Source: a bacterium
GTDB lineage: Bacteria > Bacillota > Clostridia > Christensenellales > UBA1242
Assembly (NCBI GenBank): GCA_024692805.1
Contig: JAILMD010000032.1
Coordinates: 1 to 57,690 of the forward strand
Reading direction: 5' to 3'
DNA: 57,690 bases
In this document: in pieces, positions 45,105-53,841 of the stretch
Numbering within the stretch: the first letter of the stretch is position 1
How the letters are laid out: the number at the start of each line of letters is the position of its first letter
The notes under the pieces: generated by a model
Databases searched by the model: none
What the model saw: only the letters and a program-made list of their open reading frames with translations
Told to the model about the DNA's origin: nothing
Program-made: the position numbers and the translations under genes

Positions 45105-47330
45105 ATGAGCGAAATTTTAGACAATCTTAATAGCGAACAACGCGTTCCCGCTAGTGAAATTGATGGCGCGATTTTAGTTACTGCTGGCGCTGGAAGCGGT
45201 AAAACCAGAATGTTAACTCATAGAATTGCTCATCTTATTTGTGACCTTAATGTTGAGCCTTATAATATTTTAGCAATAACTTTTACTAATAAGGCCGCTA
45301 ACGAAATGCGCGAAAGAATTGAAGCAATGACTCCTAAAACCGATGGAATGTGGGTTTCAACTTTTCACGCAATGTGTTCTAAAATTTTGAGAATGTATGC
45401 TGAAAAACTTGGCTACACTAAAAGTTTTTCAATTTATGGCGATAATGAAAGAGAACGCCTTATTAAAAGGCTGTTATCTGATAAAAACACAAACGTTACG
45501 CCTGAAACAATTGACTATCATATTTCAAACGCTAAAAATCATCTTTTAGGCCCTGATGAATATGCCGAGAGAATTGGTTATGAAAGAAATGCCGATTTAA
45601 TTATTGGCATTTACAGGGAATATGAAAAAGAGATGAAGCGAAGCAATGCGCTTGATTTTGATGACTTATTATTTAAAACTTACCAACTTTTTGAAAAATA
45701 TCCTGACGTTGCTGAAATCTTTCAATATAAATTTAAATATATTCACGTTGATGAATTCCAAGACACTAACGAAGCCCAATATAAACTAATTAAAATTCTA
45801 GCAAAAAAACACGGCAACGTTTTTGTTGTTGGCGATGAAGACCAATGCATTTATTCTTGGCGTGGGGCAGAGCCAACAAATGTTGTTGACTTTACTAAAG
45901 ATTTTGCTGGTTGCAAGGTTTATAAACTTGAACAAAACTATCGCTCAACAAAGAAAATCCTTGAGCGCGCTAACACGCTAATAGCAAGAAACCAAAACAG
46001 GCTTGCTAAAAAATTATGGACTGAAAATGGTAGCGGCGCAACCGTTATTGAAGAAGTTAGTTATAATGACGTTGGCGAAGCTGAGTTTGTCGCCCAGACT
46101 ATTCTTTCGCTTCAAAACGAAGGTTATAGGTTTAGCGATTTTGCAATTTTAATGAGAGTTAATGCCCTTTCAAGAATTCTAGAAGAAAAACTTATAACTT
46201 ATGGAATTCCTTATAAAGTTTATGGTGGTTTTAAGTTCTTTGAAAGAAAGGAAATTAAAGACACTGTTGCTTACCTTAGGGTTATATCTAACCCTAATGA
46301 TGATGACGCTTTTGTTAGAGTTCTTTCATTTCCTAAAAAGGGAATAGGTGACGTAACAATCGCTAGCATAAGAGAGATTGCGCAAAACGAAAACACTTCA
46401 ATGTTTAATATTGCTATGACCGGCAAAAATTTAAGTGAACCAATTAAAAGAAAACTTGAGCCGGTAGTAAGGCTATTTAATGAACTAGCGAGCGAAAGAG
46501 AAAAGATGGGCCTTTACGATTTTGCAAGCCTTGTTATTGATAAAGTTAATATCAAAGGCGCGCTTTGTGATAAAGATGAAAAGAGCGAAGAAGACATAAA
46601 CAAAGCCCTTAACGTTGATGACTTTTTGGTTAGCGTTAAACAATTTGATGACGCTAACTCGGGGGCGTCACTTGATGACTTCCTTGCAAGCATAACGCTT
46701 ATGCGTGATATTGATGAAATGAGTGAAGCTAATAACTATGCTAGTCTTATGACAATTCACGCCGCAAAAGGCCTTGAATTTAAATGTGTTTTCATTGTTG
46801 GGCTAGTTGAAGGTTTGTTTCCGCTAAGAAGAGCGATTAATAGCGGAGACCCTAACGAACTTGAAGAAGAACGAAGGTTAATGTATGTTGCGATAACAAG
46901 GGCTAAAGAAAAACTTTATTTAACTCACCCAAAAACTAGGTTTAGTTTTGAAACAAAACAAAGCGAATATTGCATTCCTTCAAGGTTTATTAAAGAGAGT
47001 TCGCTTGATTATATTTCTGACCTTGAATCAAGTCCTGTTACAAGAAGCAAACTTGAAATGAACGAAATTAAAACTGCAACTTACGCTAGGGCAGCAACAA
47101 AAGTTAATATAATTAAAGGAAGCGAAACAACCAATTCTGCCGCCCAACCTAAAAATTATAATTTTAGTGACTTTAAAAAGGGAACAAGGGTTAGGCATAA
47201 CCACTTTGGCGAAGGCGAAGTTATCCTTCCGGTAACAGATTTTACAAGTGGTTTTGTAACTATTAGATTTGATAGCGTTGGAATTAAAACACTATCTTTA
47301 AAATATGCAAATCTTGAAATAATCTCATAG
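45105..47330 (+). CDS. pcrA: ATP-dependent DNA helicase PcrA
   Basis: LNSEQRVP...AGAGSGKT, HVDEFQDTN, NYRST and MTIHAAKGLEF. pcrA-ligA synteny. Confidence 0.92.
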   Translation: MSEILDNLNSEQRVPASEIDGAILVTAGAGSGKTRMLTHRIAHLICDLNVEPYNILAITFTNKAANEMRERIEAMTPKTDGMWVSTFHAMCSKILRMYAEKLGYTKSFSIYGDNERERLIKRLLSDKNTNVTPETIDYHISNAKNHLLGPDEYAERIGYERNADLIIGIYREYEKEMKRSNALDFDDLLFKTYQLFEKYPDVAEIFQYKFKYIHVDEFQDTNEAQYKLIKILAKKHGNVFVVGDEDQCIYSWRGAEPTNVVDFTKDFAGCKVYKLEQNYRSTKKILERANTLIARNQNRLAKKLWTENGSGATVIEEVSYNDVGEAEFVAQTILSLQNEGYRFSDFAILMRVNALSRILEEKLITYGIPYKVYGGFKFFERKEIKDTVAYLRVISNPNDDDAFVRVLSFPKKGIGDVTIASIREIAQNENTSMFNIAMTGKNLSEPIKRKLEPVVRLFNELASEREKMGLYDFASLVIDKVNIKGALCDKDEKSEEDINKALNVDDFLVSVKQFDDANSGASLDDFLASITLMRDIDEMSEANNYASLMTIHAAKGLEFKCVFIVGLVEGLFPLRRAINSGDPNELEEERRLMYVAITRAKEKLYLTHPKTRFSFETKQSEYCIPSRFIKESSLDYISDLESSPVTRSKLEMNEIKTATYARAATKVNIIKGSETTNSAAQPKNYNFSDFKKGTRVRHNHFGEGEVILPVTDFTSGFVTIRFDSVGIKTLSLKYANLEIIS

Positions 47331-47339
47331 GAGAAAAAT

Positions 47340-49292
47340 ATGACAAAACTAGAGGAAATGAAAAAACTTGTTGAAGAGGTTAACCATTATAGTTACGCTT
47401 ATTATACTCTTGATAAGCCACTAATTAGCGATAATGAATGGGATAAACTTTATTTTAGGTTAGTTGCCCTTGAAAAAGAAACGGGCATTATTTTGCCAAA
47501 CAGCCCAACAGTTAGGGTTGGTGGCGAACCTCTTAGCGAGTTTAATAAAGTTCCACATACGCATAAGATTTATTCACTAGATAAAGCCCAAAGTTTAGGC
47601 GAACTAAACGATTGGGAAGAAAGAAACCAAAAACTTTTTAGGTTTAAACCTGTTTATTCAGTTGAATATAAATATGACGGCTTAAATTTAAGCCTTCTTT
47701 ATAAAAATGGTGAACTTGTTTTAGCCTCAACTCGTGGTAACGGCTTTGTTGGCGAAGACGTAACAAGTCAGGTTAAAACGGTTAGAACCGTTCCTTTAAC
47801 TATCGGTTTTAAAGGCGAAGTTGAAGTTCAGGGCGAAGTTGTTATGAGAATTAGCGAACTTAACCGCTATAACCTTAGTTCAAGCGAACCTCTTAAAAAT
47901 GCGAGAAACGCCGCTGCCGGAGCAATAAGAAACCTTGACCCAAAGGTTACCGCTAAACGAAATCTTGACTTTGTTGCTTATAACATTAACTTTATTGAAG
48001 GTAAGGCGCTTAAAACAATTGAAGAAATGCATAATTTCTTAATTGAAAATAAATTCTTTGTTGGCTCATTCTTTAAAATTGCTAACGGAATTGACGAAGT
48101 TAAAACAATAATCAGCGAGGTTAGTTTAACAAAAGATAACCTTGATATCTTAATTGACGGAATGGTTATTAAAGTTAATGATTATCACGTTAGAGATGAA
48201 CTAGGAAACACTGAAAAATTTCCTCGTGCAAGCATAGCCTTTAAGTTTGAGGCTAACGAAGCCAGCACAATGCTAAACAGCGTTACTTGGCAGGTTGGGC
48301 GAACGGGCAAACTAACGCCGGTTGCGGAACTTGAGCCTGTTGAACTTGCTGGCGTTACAATTAAAAGAGCAACGCTTAATAACTATAACGATATCATTAG
48401 AAAGGGCGTTAAAATCAACTCACGTGTTTTCCTTAGAAGAAGCAATGAGGTTATCCCTGAAATATTAGCGCTTGCTGAAGAATTTAACGATAGCCAGCCT
48501 ATAATTAAGCCAACTAGGTGTCCGGTTTGCGGAAGCGCTTTAACTGAAACTGAGGCTGACCTTTTCTGCCCAAATCATAATGGTTGCGCTAAGCAGATTA
48601 TTGAAAGATTAACTCATTTTGTTAGCCGTGACGCAATGAATATTGACGGCCTAAGCAGAAAAACAATTGAGCAGTTAAACGCTAACTTTAATGTTAAGAA
48701 TTTTAGTGATCTTTATAAACTAACAAGGGAGCAAGTTGCCTCTCTTGAAGGCTTTAAAGATAAGAAAATTGATAACTATTTTGAAAGTATTGAAAGAAGT
48801 AAAACGCCTGATTTATCTAACTTTATTTATGCGCTCGGAATTGATAATGTTGGCAAGAAAACAGCTAAACAACTTGCTTCAAGGTTTAAGTCAATTGAAA
48901 ATTTAATGAAAGCAACAAAAATTGAGCTATCAAACCTTAATGATATTGGCGAATTAACTGCTGAATATATAACTCACTATTTCTTTGATGAAAACAACTT
49001 GTTTGAAATTGAAAGCTTAATGGAAGCAGGGGTTAGGGTTAAAAACAAAACAAATGCCCAAACAGAGTTAAAATTAGCCGGACTTAAGTTTGTTTTAACC
49101 GGAACGCTTCCAACGCTTAAAAGAAATGATGCTTCCAAAATTATTGAAGAAAATGGGGGCGAGGTTATGAGTTCTGTTAGCAAAAACACTGACTTAGTTT
49201 TAGCCGGAGCTGATGCCGGAAGCAAACTTGATAAAGCCATAGCGCTTGGCATAAAAATAATTAGCGAAGACGAATTTTTGAAAATGGTTTAA
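47340..49292 (+). CDS. ligA: NAD-dependent DNA ligase
   Basis: Adenylation motif EYKYDGL, a 4-Cys zinc finger (CPVCGS...CPNHNGC), HhH region, and a C-terminal BRCT (FVLTGTL). Confidence 0.95.
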   Translation: MTKLEEMKKLVEEVNHYSYAYYTLDKPLISDNEWDKLYFRLVALEKETGIILPNSPTVRVGGEPLSEFNKVPHTHKIYSLDKAQSLGELNDWEERNQKLFRFKPVYSVEYKYDGLNLSLLYKNGELVLASTRGNGFVGEDVTSQVKTVRTVPLTIGFKGEVEVQGEVVMRISELNRYNLSSSEPLKNARNAAAGAIRNLDPKVTAKRNLDFVAYNINFIEGKALKTIEEMHNFLIENKFFVGSFFKIANGIDEVKTIISEVSLTKDNLDILIDGMVIKVNDYHVRDELGNTEKFPRASIAFKFEANEASTMLNSVTWQVGRTGKLTPVAELEPVELAGVTIKRATLNNYNDIIRKGVKINSRVFLRRSNEVIPEILALAEEFNDSQPIIKPTRCPVCGSALTETEADLFCPNHNGCAKQIIERLTHFVSRDAMNIDGLSRKTIEQLNANFNVKNFSDLYKLTREQVASLEGFKDKKIDNYFESIERSKTPDLSNFIYALGIDNVGKKTAKQLASRFKSIENLMKATKIELSNLNDIGELTAEYITHYFFDENNLFEIESLMEAGVRVKNKTNAQTELKLAGLKFVLTGTLPTLKRNDASKIIEENGGEVMSSVSKNTDLVLAGADAGSKLDKAIALGIKIISEDEFLKMV

Positions 49293-49311
49293 ATTTAATT
49301 TTAAAAAATGC

Positions 49312-49340
49312 TTGCAATAGTTGTTGTTATTTGATATAAT
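49312..49340 (+). promoter_or_regulatory. SigA-type promoter of rpoZ
   Basis: TTGCAA, 17 nt, TATAAT. Confidence 0.65.
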
Positions 49341-49365
49341 AACTCTGCATTAAGGAGATTTTGTT

Positions 49366-49575
49366 ATGGCAATGATTGATCCACCAATTGAAGAAGTTTT
49401 TAAAATGGCAGGAAGCCGTTATGCTCTCTGCACGGTTGTAACAAAAAGGGCAAAAGAATTATTACTTGAGCGCCCAGAATTCTTTAAAGAAAACTTAAAA
49501 ATTAAACCTATTGAGTTTGCTGCTAATGAATTCTATGATGGAAAGTTTACTCTAGTTAAAACATCTCGTGATTAA
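49366..49575 (+). CDS. rpoZ: RNA polymerase omega subunit
   Basis: IDPPIEEVFKMAGSRYALCTVVTKRAKEL matches the omega N-terminal pattern. It lies upstream of priA as in Firmicutes. Confidence 0.8.
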   Translation: MAMIDPPIEEVFKMAGSRYALCTVVTKRAKELLLERPEFFKENLKIKPIEFAANEFYDGKFTLVKTSRD

Positions 49576-49582
49576 AATTAAA

Positions 49583-49607
49583 ATCTAGCAATCGCTAGAT
49601 TTTTTTA
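49583..49607 (+). terminator. Intrinsic terminator after rpoZ
   Basis: ATCTAGC/GCTAGAT stem followed by T7. Confidence 0.7.
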
Positions 49608-49647
49608 TTTTAAATTAACTAAATTACTTTTTTATTTTTACTTTGTT

Positions 49648-49656
49648 TGTTATAAT
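49648..49656 (+). promoter_or_regulatory. Extended -10 promoter of priA (leaderless geometry)
   Basis: TGTTATAAT. The ATG lies 7 nt after the -10. No SD. Confidence 0.5.
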
Positions 49657-49662
49657 AAAACT

Positions 49663-51870
49663 ATGAAATATGCAAGCGTTATAGTTGATATCGCGTCAAG
49701 CCAGGTTGATAAGGTTTTTGATTATATTATTCCTGACGATATTATGGTTAGCGAGGGCTTTAGAGTTCTCGTTCCTTTTGGTAACCGCTCAATTGAGGGA
49801 ATTGTTATTAAGATTAGCGATCAAACTAGCGTTGTTTCTCATAAACTTAAAAGCATAATTAAGGCGATTGATGGGTTTAGCGTTATAACCGAGGGGCAGT
49901 TTAAAATTGCTGAGTTTTTAAAAGAAAAATATCATATCGGCCTTGCTGATAGTTTTAGGTTATTTCTTCCAAGCCAGATGCGAAGTGGAAAGGTTAAGGA
50001 TTTAGTTGTAACTGAGTTGTCTTTAACAAATGAAGATGAAGCCAAGATTTATTTATCAAAACTTAAATCAAACGCAACTGCTATGCGAGGCATAATAGAG
50101 TTTTTATTAGAAAATGGAACGGCTAACCAAGCCCAAATTAACAAGAAATTCAGCGCTAGTGCAACAAATAAATTAGCCGAAGATAAAATAATCGTTAAAA
50201 CCGAAAAAGTTGTTTTTAGAAGCCCATATAAAGAGTTAACTGACGAGAAGAAGCCTGACGTTGTTTTAACCCAAACGCAACAGGCTATTGTTGATAAAAT
50301 AACCGAAACCCCAGCCAAATATTTAATTCATGGCGTAACCGGAAGCGGTAAAACCGAAGTTTATATGAATATTATTAAAAACGTCATTTCAGGGGGTAAA
50401 ACGGCGATAATGCTCGTTCCTGAAATTTCCCTAACTCCTCAAGTTTTATTTAATTTTAGAAGCCGTTTTGGAGATAATGTTGCAATTCTTCATAGTGGCC
50501 TTAGCGCGGGTGAAAGGTTTGACGAGTGGAAGCGCATTTTGATGAAAAAGGCAAACATTGTTGTTGGAGCAAGGTCGGCAATTTTTGCGCCCCTTGAAAA
50601 CGTTGGTGCTATCATAATTGATGAGGAACATGATAATAGTTATGTTAGCGAATCGCACCCAAGGTTTAACACAATTTCTGTTGCCGAGTTTATGAGTGAA
50701 AGTTTTGGCTGTTCGCTCGTTTTAGGAAGCGCAACGCCTTCGCTTGAATCTTACCATAAAGCAATAACCGGCGAATATCATCTTCTTGAAATGAAAGAAA
50801 GAGTTAATAAAAGGCCATTACCACCACTTAAAATTGTTGATATGGGCAAAGAAATAAGAGATGGCAATAATGGCATCTTTTCTCGTGAACTTGTTGACGC
50901 TCTTAAAAAGACGATTGAAAGCGGAAATCAAGCAATGATCTTCTTAAACAGAAGGGGTTATGCTTCGTTTTTAATGTGCAAAGAATGTGGGTGGGTTGCT
51001 AAATGTAGCGATTGTGATGTTAGCCTTGTTTATCACAGGGCTGAAAATGCCTTGAAATGTCATTACTGCGGAAACAGGTTTAAAGTTTTTGACGTTTGCC
51101 CAGTTTGCGGAAGCGCTAGTATTAAGCAGGGCGCCTTAGGAACGCAAAAAGTTTGTGAAGAACTTGCCAATTTATTTCCTGATGTTAAAGTTTTAAGAAT
51201 GGATAATGACACAACCCAAACTAAAGATGCTCACCTTAAAATTTTAACCAAGTTTAAAAACGGCGAAGCCCAAATTTTAGTTGGAACTCAAATGATAGCA
51301 AAGGGTCACGATTTTCCGCAAGTAACGTTAGTTGGAATAATTGATGCTGACGTTAGCCTTCATCAATCAAGTTTTAGGGCAGTTGAAAAAACTTTTCAAC
51401 TTATAACCCAGGTTGCGGGCAGGGCAGGAAGAGCCGATAAAACAGGCGAGATTATTCTTCAAACTTATGCTCCAAGGCATTATATTTATAAAATGGCGCA
51501 GGCTTATGACTATATGGCTTTTTATAAGAAAGAGTCTAACATAAGGGAAGTAACCTTGTTTCCGCCATTTGCAACAATTATGAGAATTTTGGTTAGTGGC
51601 GAAAATGAAAAAGACGTTGTTAACTTAACTAAAACTTATTATGAAAAAATGCAAGCCTTGCAAAAAGATAACTCTAAAGATTGGGTTTATCTTGGCGTTA
51701 TGAAATCGCCAATTGGAAGAATCCAAAACAAATTTAGATATCAAATTTTGGTTAGAATAAAACCTAATATTGAAAAAACAGTTTTTGATTACGTTTATTC
51801 AATGCTTGATGAAAATAAGGCTAATAACGTAACAAGTTTTGTTGAAATTAACCCTTCAAACTTAAGTTAA
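49663..51870 (+). CDS. priA: Primosomal protein N' (replication restart helicase)
   Basis: MKYASVIVDIASSQVDKVFDYIIP N-terminus, GVTGSGKTEVY, DEEHD, and a Cys-rich zinc region (CKECGW...CSDCD...CHYCG...CPVCGS). Confidence 0.92.
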   Translation: MKYASVIVDIASSQVDKVFDYIIPDDIMVSEGFRVLVPFGNRSIEGIVIKISDQTSVVSHKLKSIIKAIDGFSVITEGQFKIAEFLKEKYHIGLADSFRLFLPSQMRSGKVKDLVVTELSLTNEDEAKIYLSKLKSNATAMRGIIEFLLENGTANQAQINKKFSASATNKLAEDKIIVKTEKVVFRSPYKELTDEKKPDVVLTQTQQAIVDKITETPAKYLIHGVTGSGKTEVYMNIIKNVISGGKTAIMLVPEISLTPQVLFNFRSRFGDNVAILHSGLSAGERFDEWKRILMKKANIVVGARSAIFAPLENVGAIIIDEEHDNSYVSESHPRFNTISVAEFMSESFGCSLVLGSATPSLESYHKAITGEYHLLEMKERVNKRPLPPLKIVDMGKEIRDGNNGIFSRELVDALKKTIESGNQAMIFLNRRGYASFLMCKECGWVAKCSDCDVSLVYHRAENALKCHYCGNRFKVFDVCPVCGSASIKQGALGTQKVCEELANLFPDVKVLRMDNDTTQTKDAHLKILTKFKNGEAQILVGTQMIAKGHDFPQVTLVGIIDADVSLHQSSFRAVEKTFQLITQVAGRAGRADKTGEIILQTYAPRHYIYKMAQAYDYMAFYKKESNIREVTLFPPFATIMRILVSGENEKDVVNLTKTYYEKMQALQKDNSKDWVYLGVMKSPIGRIQNKFRYQILVRIKPNIEKTVFDYVYSMLDENKANNVTSFVEINPSNLS

Positions 51871-51874
51871 AATA

Positions 51875-51903
51875 TTGACAATTCAAACATTGTTTGAGAT
51901 AAT
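51875..51903 (+). promoter_or_regulatory. SigA-type promoter of LRR paralog 1
   Basis: TTGACA, 17 nt, GATAAT. Confidence 0.6.
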
Positions 51904-51929
51904 TAAATTAGTTATAAAGGAGCGAGAAT

Positions 51930-52550
51930 ATGCAAATTGATATTTCCTTAAAAAGTGTTAGTGAAAAAGATATTGTTGGCGGTAAACTTGTTATTCCTGA
52001 AGGGGTAACCTCTATTGATAAAAATGTTGGTTATGGCTTAAAAAATCTTGAAGAAGTTGTTATTCCTAAAAGTGTTAAAACAATTGAAGAAAATGCTTTT
52101 TCTAATTGCGCTAACCTTAAGAGCATAACTATTCCGCTTACTTGCAATTTAACCGGCCGAATTTGGTGGACTTTTAGAAGCCCAAACATTAAATATTTAA
52201 ACGGCTATGTTATTAAATTAGATGGCTTTCAATTCTGTAATGCCTTTAACGTTATTAAATAGCACCAAGCAGAATTAGAGAGAAAATCAATTTTTATTGA
52301 AGCAGCATTAGATAGAATTGATGAAAGTGGCTTTGTTGCTCTTTCTCATGGAGAAACGAAAATTGTTTTAACAAATAAAGAGTCTTTTATTAATAGTTTA
52401 ACTGGCGGGGATAATAATGTTAATGAAATTTTAAAGGCAACTTATCTTGATAAATTAAACAATAAAGAAGATTTAAGAGTTTATGATAATGACCCTGAAG
52501 AATATAGGGAATTTAAAGCAGAAAAATTAGAAGAAGAAATGGGCAAGTAA
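51930..52550 (+). pseudogene. BspA-type leucine-rich-repeat protein paralog 1, interrupted by an in-frame TAG at 52260-52262
   Basis: The 110-aa ORF ends at TAG. The same frame then stays open for 95 more codons to the TAA at 52548. Both halves align with the intact paralog at 52645-53271. Confidence 0.65.
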
Positions 52551-52565
52551 TTGCTCATTTTTTTT
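52539..52565 (+). terminator. Intrinsic terminator after LRR paralog 1
   Basis: ATGGGCAA/TTGCTCAT stem spanning the stop codon, followed by T7. Confidence 0.65.
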
Positions 52566-52588
52566 GCGCAAATTTTTAAAAATAAATA

Positions 52589-52617
52589 TTGACAATATAC
52601 ATGATGTATGGGATAAT
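52589..52617 (+). promoter_or_regulatory. SigA-type promoter of LRR paralog 2
   Basis: TTGACA, 17 nt, GATAAT. Confidence 0.6.
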
Positions 52618-52644
52618 AAGTTATCAAAAAAAGGAGAAAATTTT

Positions 52645-53271
52645 ATGGAATTAACGTTAACAAATGTAGATTGGGAAGACATTGTGGATGGGAAATTGGT
52701 TATCCCAGAGGGAGTGGTGAATATTGATAGTTATATTTGTTCATTGAATTGCGGTTCAGATGTTGAAGAACTTGTTTTGCCAAGCACCATTAAATTTATT
52801 GATGAATTTGCGTTTGATAATTTAGAAAATTTAAAAAGCATTATTTTTAATTTTAGTTTTGACGACCATAATGGCATAGAGTATTATTACCCTAATGTTT
52901 TTGCTCAAAATGCTAAAGTTACGCATATAAATGGCTATAATGTAGAAAGTGTTAATGTAGATTATAATGATTCTCATCCAGATTATATGGAGCTTATGAG
53001 AAAGATGTGGCATCATAAACAAAGAATTGAATTGAAAGAGAGTTTTCTTGATAGCGGCCTAGATGAAATTGCAACAAAAGGTTATGTTGAGATTCATAAA
53101 GATGGCTTTGTAAAAAGATTTACAAGCCCAGACGCTTTTATTGAACATATGGAATTAGGTGGAAATAACACGATAAATAGAATTTTGAAAGACACCTATT
53201 TAGAAAGGCTAGAAAAACATAGAGCCGAAAATAAATATAGAGCATATTTAGAGGAGCAAATGAGCAAATAA
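52645..53271 (+). CDS. BspA-type leucine-rich-repeat protein paralog 2 (no signal peptide)
   Basis: Start at MELTLTN (AGGAG SD). DIVDGKLVIPEGVVNID...VEELVLPSTIKFIDEFAFDNLENLKSIIF fits the IPxxVxxIgxxAFxxCxxLxxI repeat. The C-terminal ~95 aa match no family I recognise. Confidence 0.6.
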   Translation: MELTLTNVDWEDIVDGKLVIPEGVVNIDSYICSLNCGSDVEELVLPSTIKFIDEFAFDNLENLKSIIFNFSFDDHNGIEYYYPNVFAQNAKVTHINGYNVESVNVDYNDSHPDYMELMRKMWHHKQRIELKESFLDSGLDEIATKGYVEIHKDGFVKRFTSPDAFIEHMELGGNNTINRILKDTYLERLEKHRAENKYRAYLEEQMSK

Positions 53272-53289
53272 CCTTGCTCATTTTTTTTT
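53260..53289 (+). terminator. Intrinsic terminator after LRR paralog 2
   Basis: ATGAGCAA/TTGCTCAT stem followed by T9. Confidence 0.7.
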
Positions 53290-53327
53290 GCGCAAAATTA
53301 TTTAAAAAAGCGATTATATTAAAACGC

Positions 53328-53356
53328 TTGAAAAATTTAACATTATGTGATAAAAT
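53328..53356 (+). promoter_or_regulatory. SigA-type promoter of def-fmt-rlmN-rsgA-rpe
   Basis: TTGAAA, 17 nt (TGTGA), TAAAAT. Confidence 0.55.
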
Positions 53357-53373
53357 CTTTGGTGGAGAAAATT

Positions 53374-53829
53374 ATGGCAATACGAAACATAATTAAATAC
53401 CCTGAAGATGAAGAAACTTTAAGAAAAGTTAGTAAACCTGTTACCATTTTTGATGACAGGCTTGTTTCGTTGCTTGAAGACTTGAAAGACACTATGCGTC
53501 ACGCTAAGGGCGCAGGGCTAAGCGCTGTTCAAGTTGGGGTTTTAAAAAGAGTTTGCGTTGTCAACACTGGTTCTCGTCACCTTGAATTTATTAACCCGGT
53601 TATTGTTAAACAATGTGGCAAAAACAAGATTAAAGAAGAAGGTTGCCTTAGCATTCCTAATGTTTGGGAAGAGGTTATTAGGCCAAACAAGGTTGACGTT
53701 AAATTTCAAGATAGGTTTGGAAATGATTGTCAAGACACGTTTGTTGGCTATGAAGCAAAAGCCATTTGCCATGAATGTGACCACCTTGACGGAATTTTAT
53801 TTATTGATAGGGTAAAAAATAAAAAATAA
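53374..53829 (+). CDS. def: Peptide deformylase
   Basis: GAGLSAVQVG, EGCLSIP and HECDHLDG motifs. Start at MAIRNI after the GGTGGAG SD. Confidence 0.92.
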   Translation: MAIRNIIKYPEDEETLRKVSKPVTIFDDRLVSLLEDLKDTMRHAKGAGLSAVQVGVLKRVCVVNTGSRHLEFINPVIVKQCGKNKIKEEGCLSIPNVWEEVIRPNKVDVKFQDRFGNDCQDTFVGYEAKAICHECDHLDGILFIDRVKNKK

Positions 53830-53841
53830 AATAGGGGAAAA

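Noticed and set aside
52260-52262. TAG reassignment (pyrrolysine or another sense recoding) as the explanation for the in-frame TAG
   Set aside because: TAG clearly terminates many confident genes in this window (portal 5760-5762, scaffold 6448-6450, 8046-8048, lepA 34641-34643, pcrA 47328-47330). No pyl genes are seen here. A simple TGG to TAG nonsense change is the more economical explanation.
52564-52644. Upstream start for LRR paralog 2 from the ORF track
   Set aside because: This segment contains the TTGACA-17-GATAAT promoter and the AGGAG SD for the ATG at 52645. Paralog 1 aligns from that Met.
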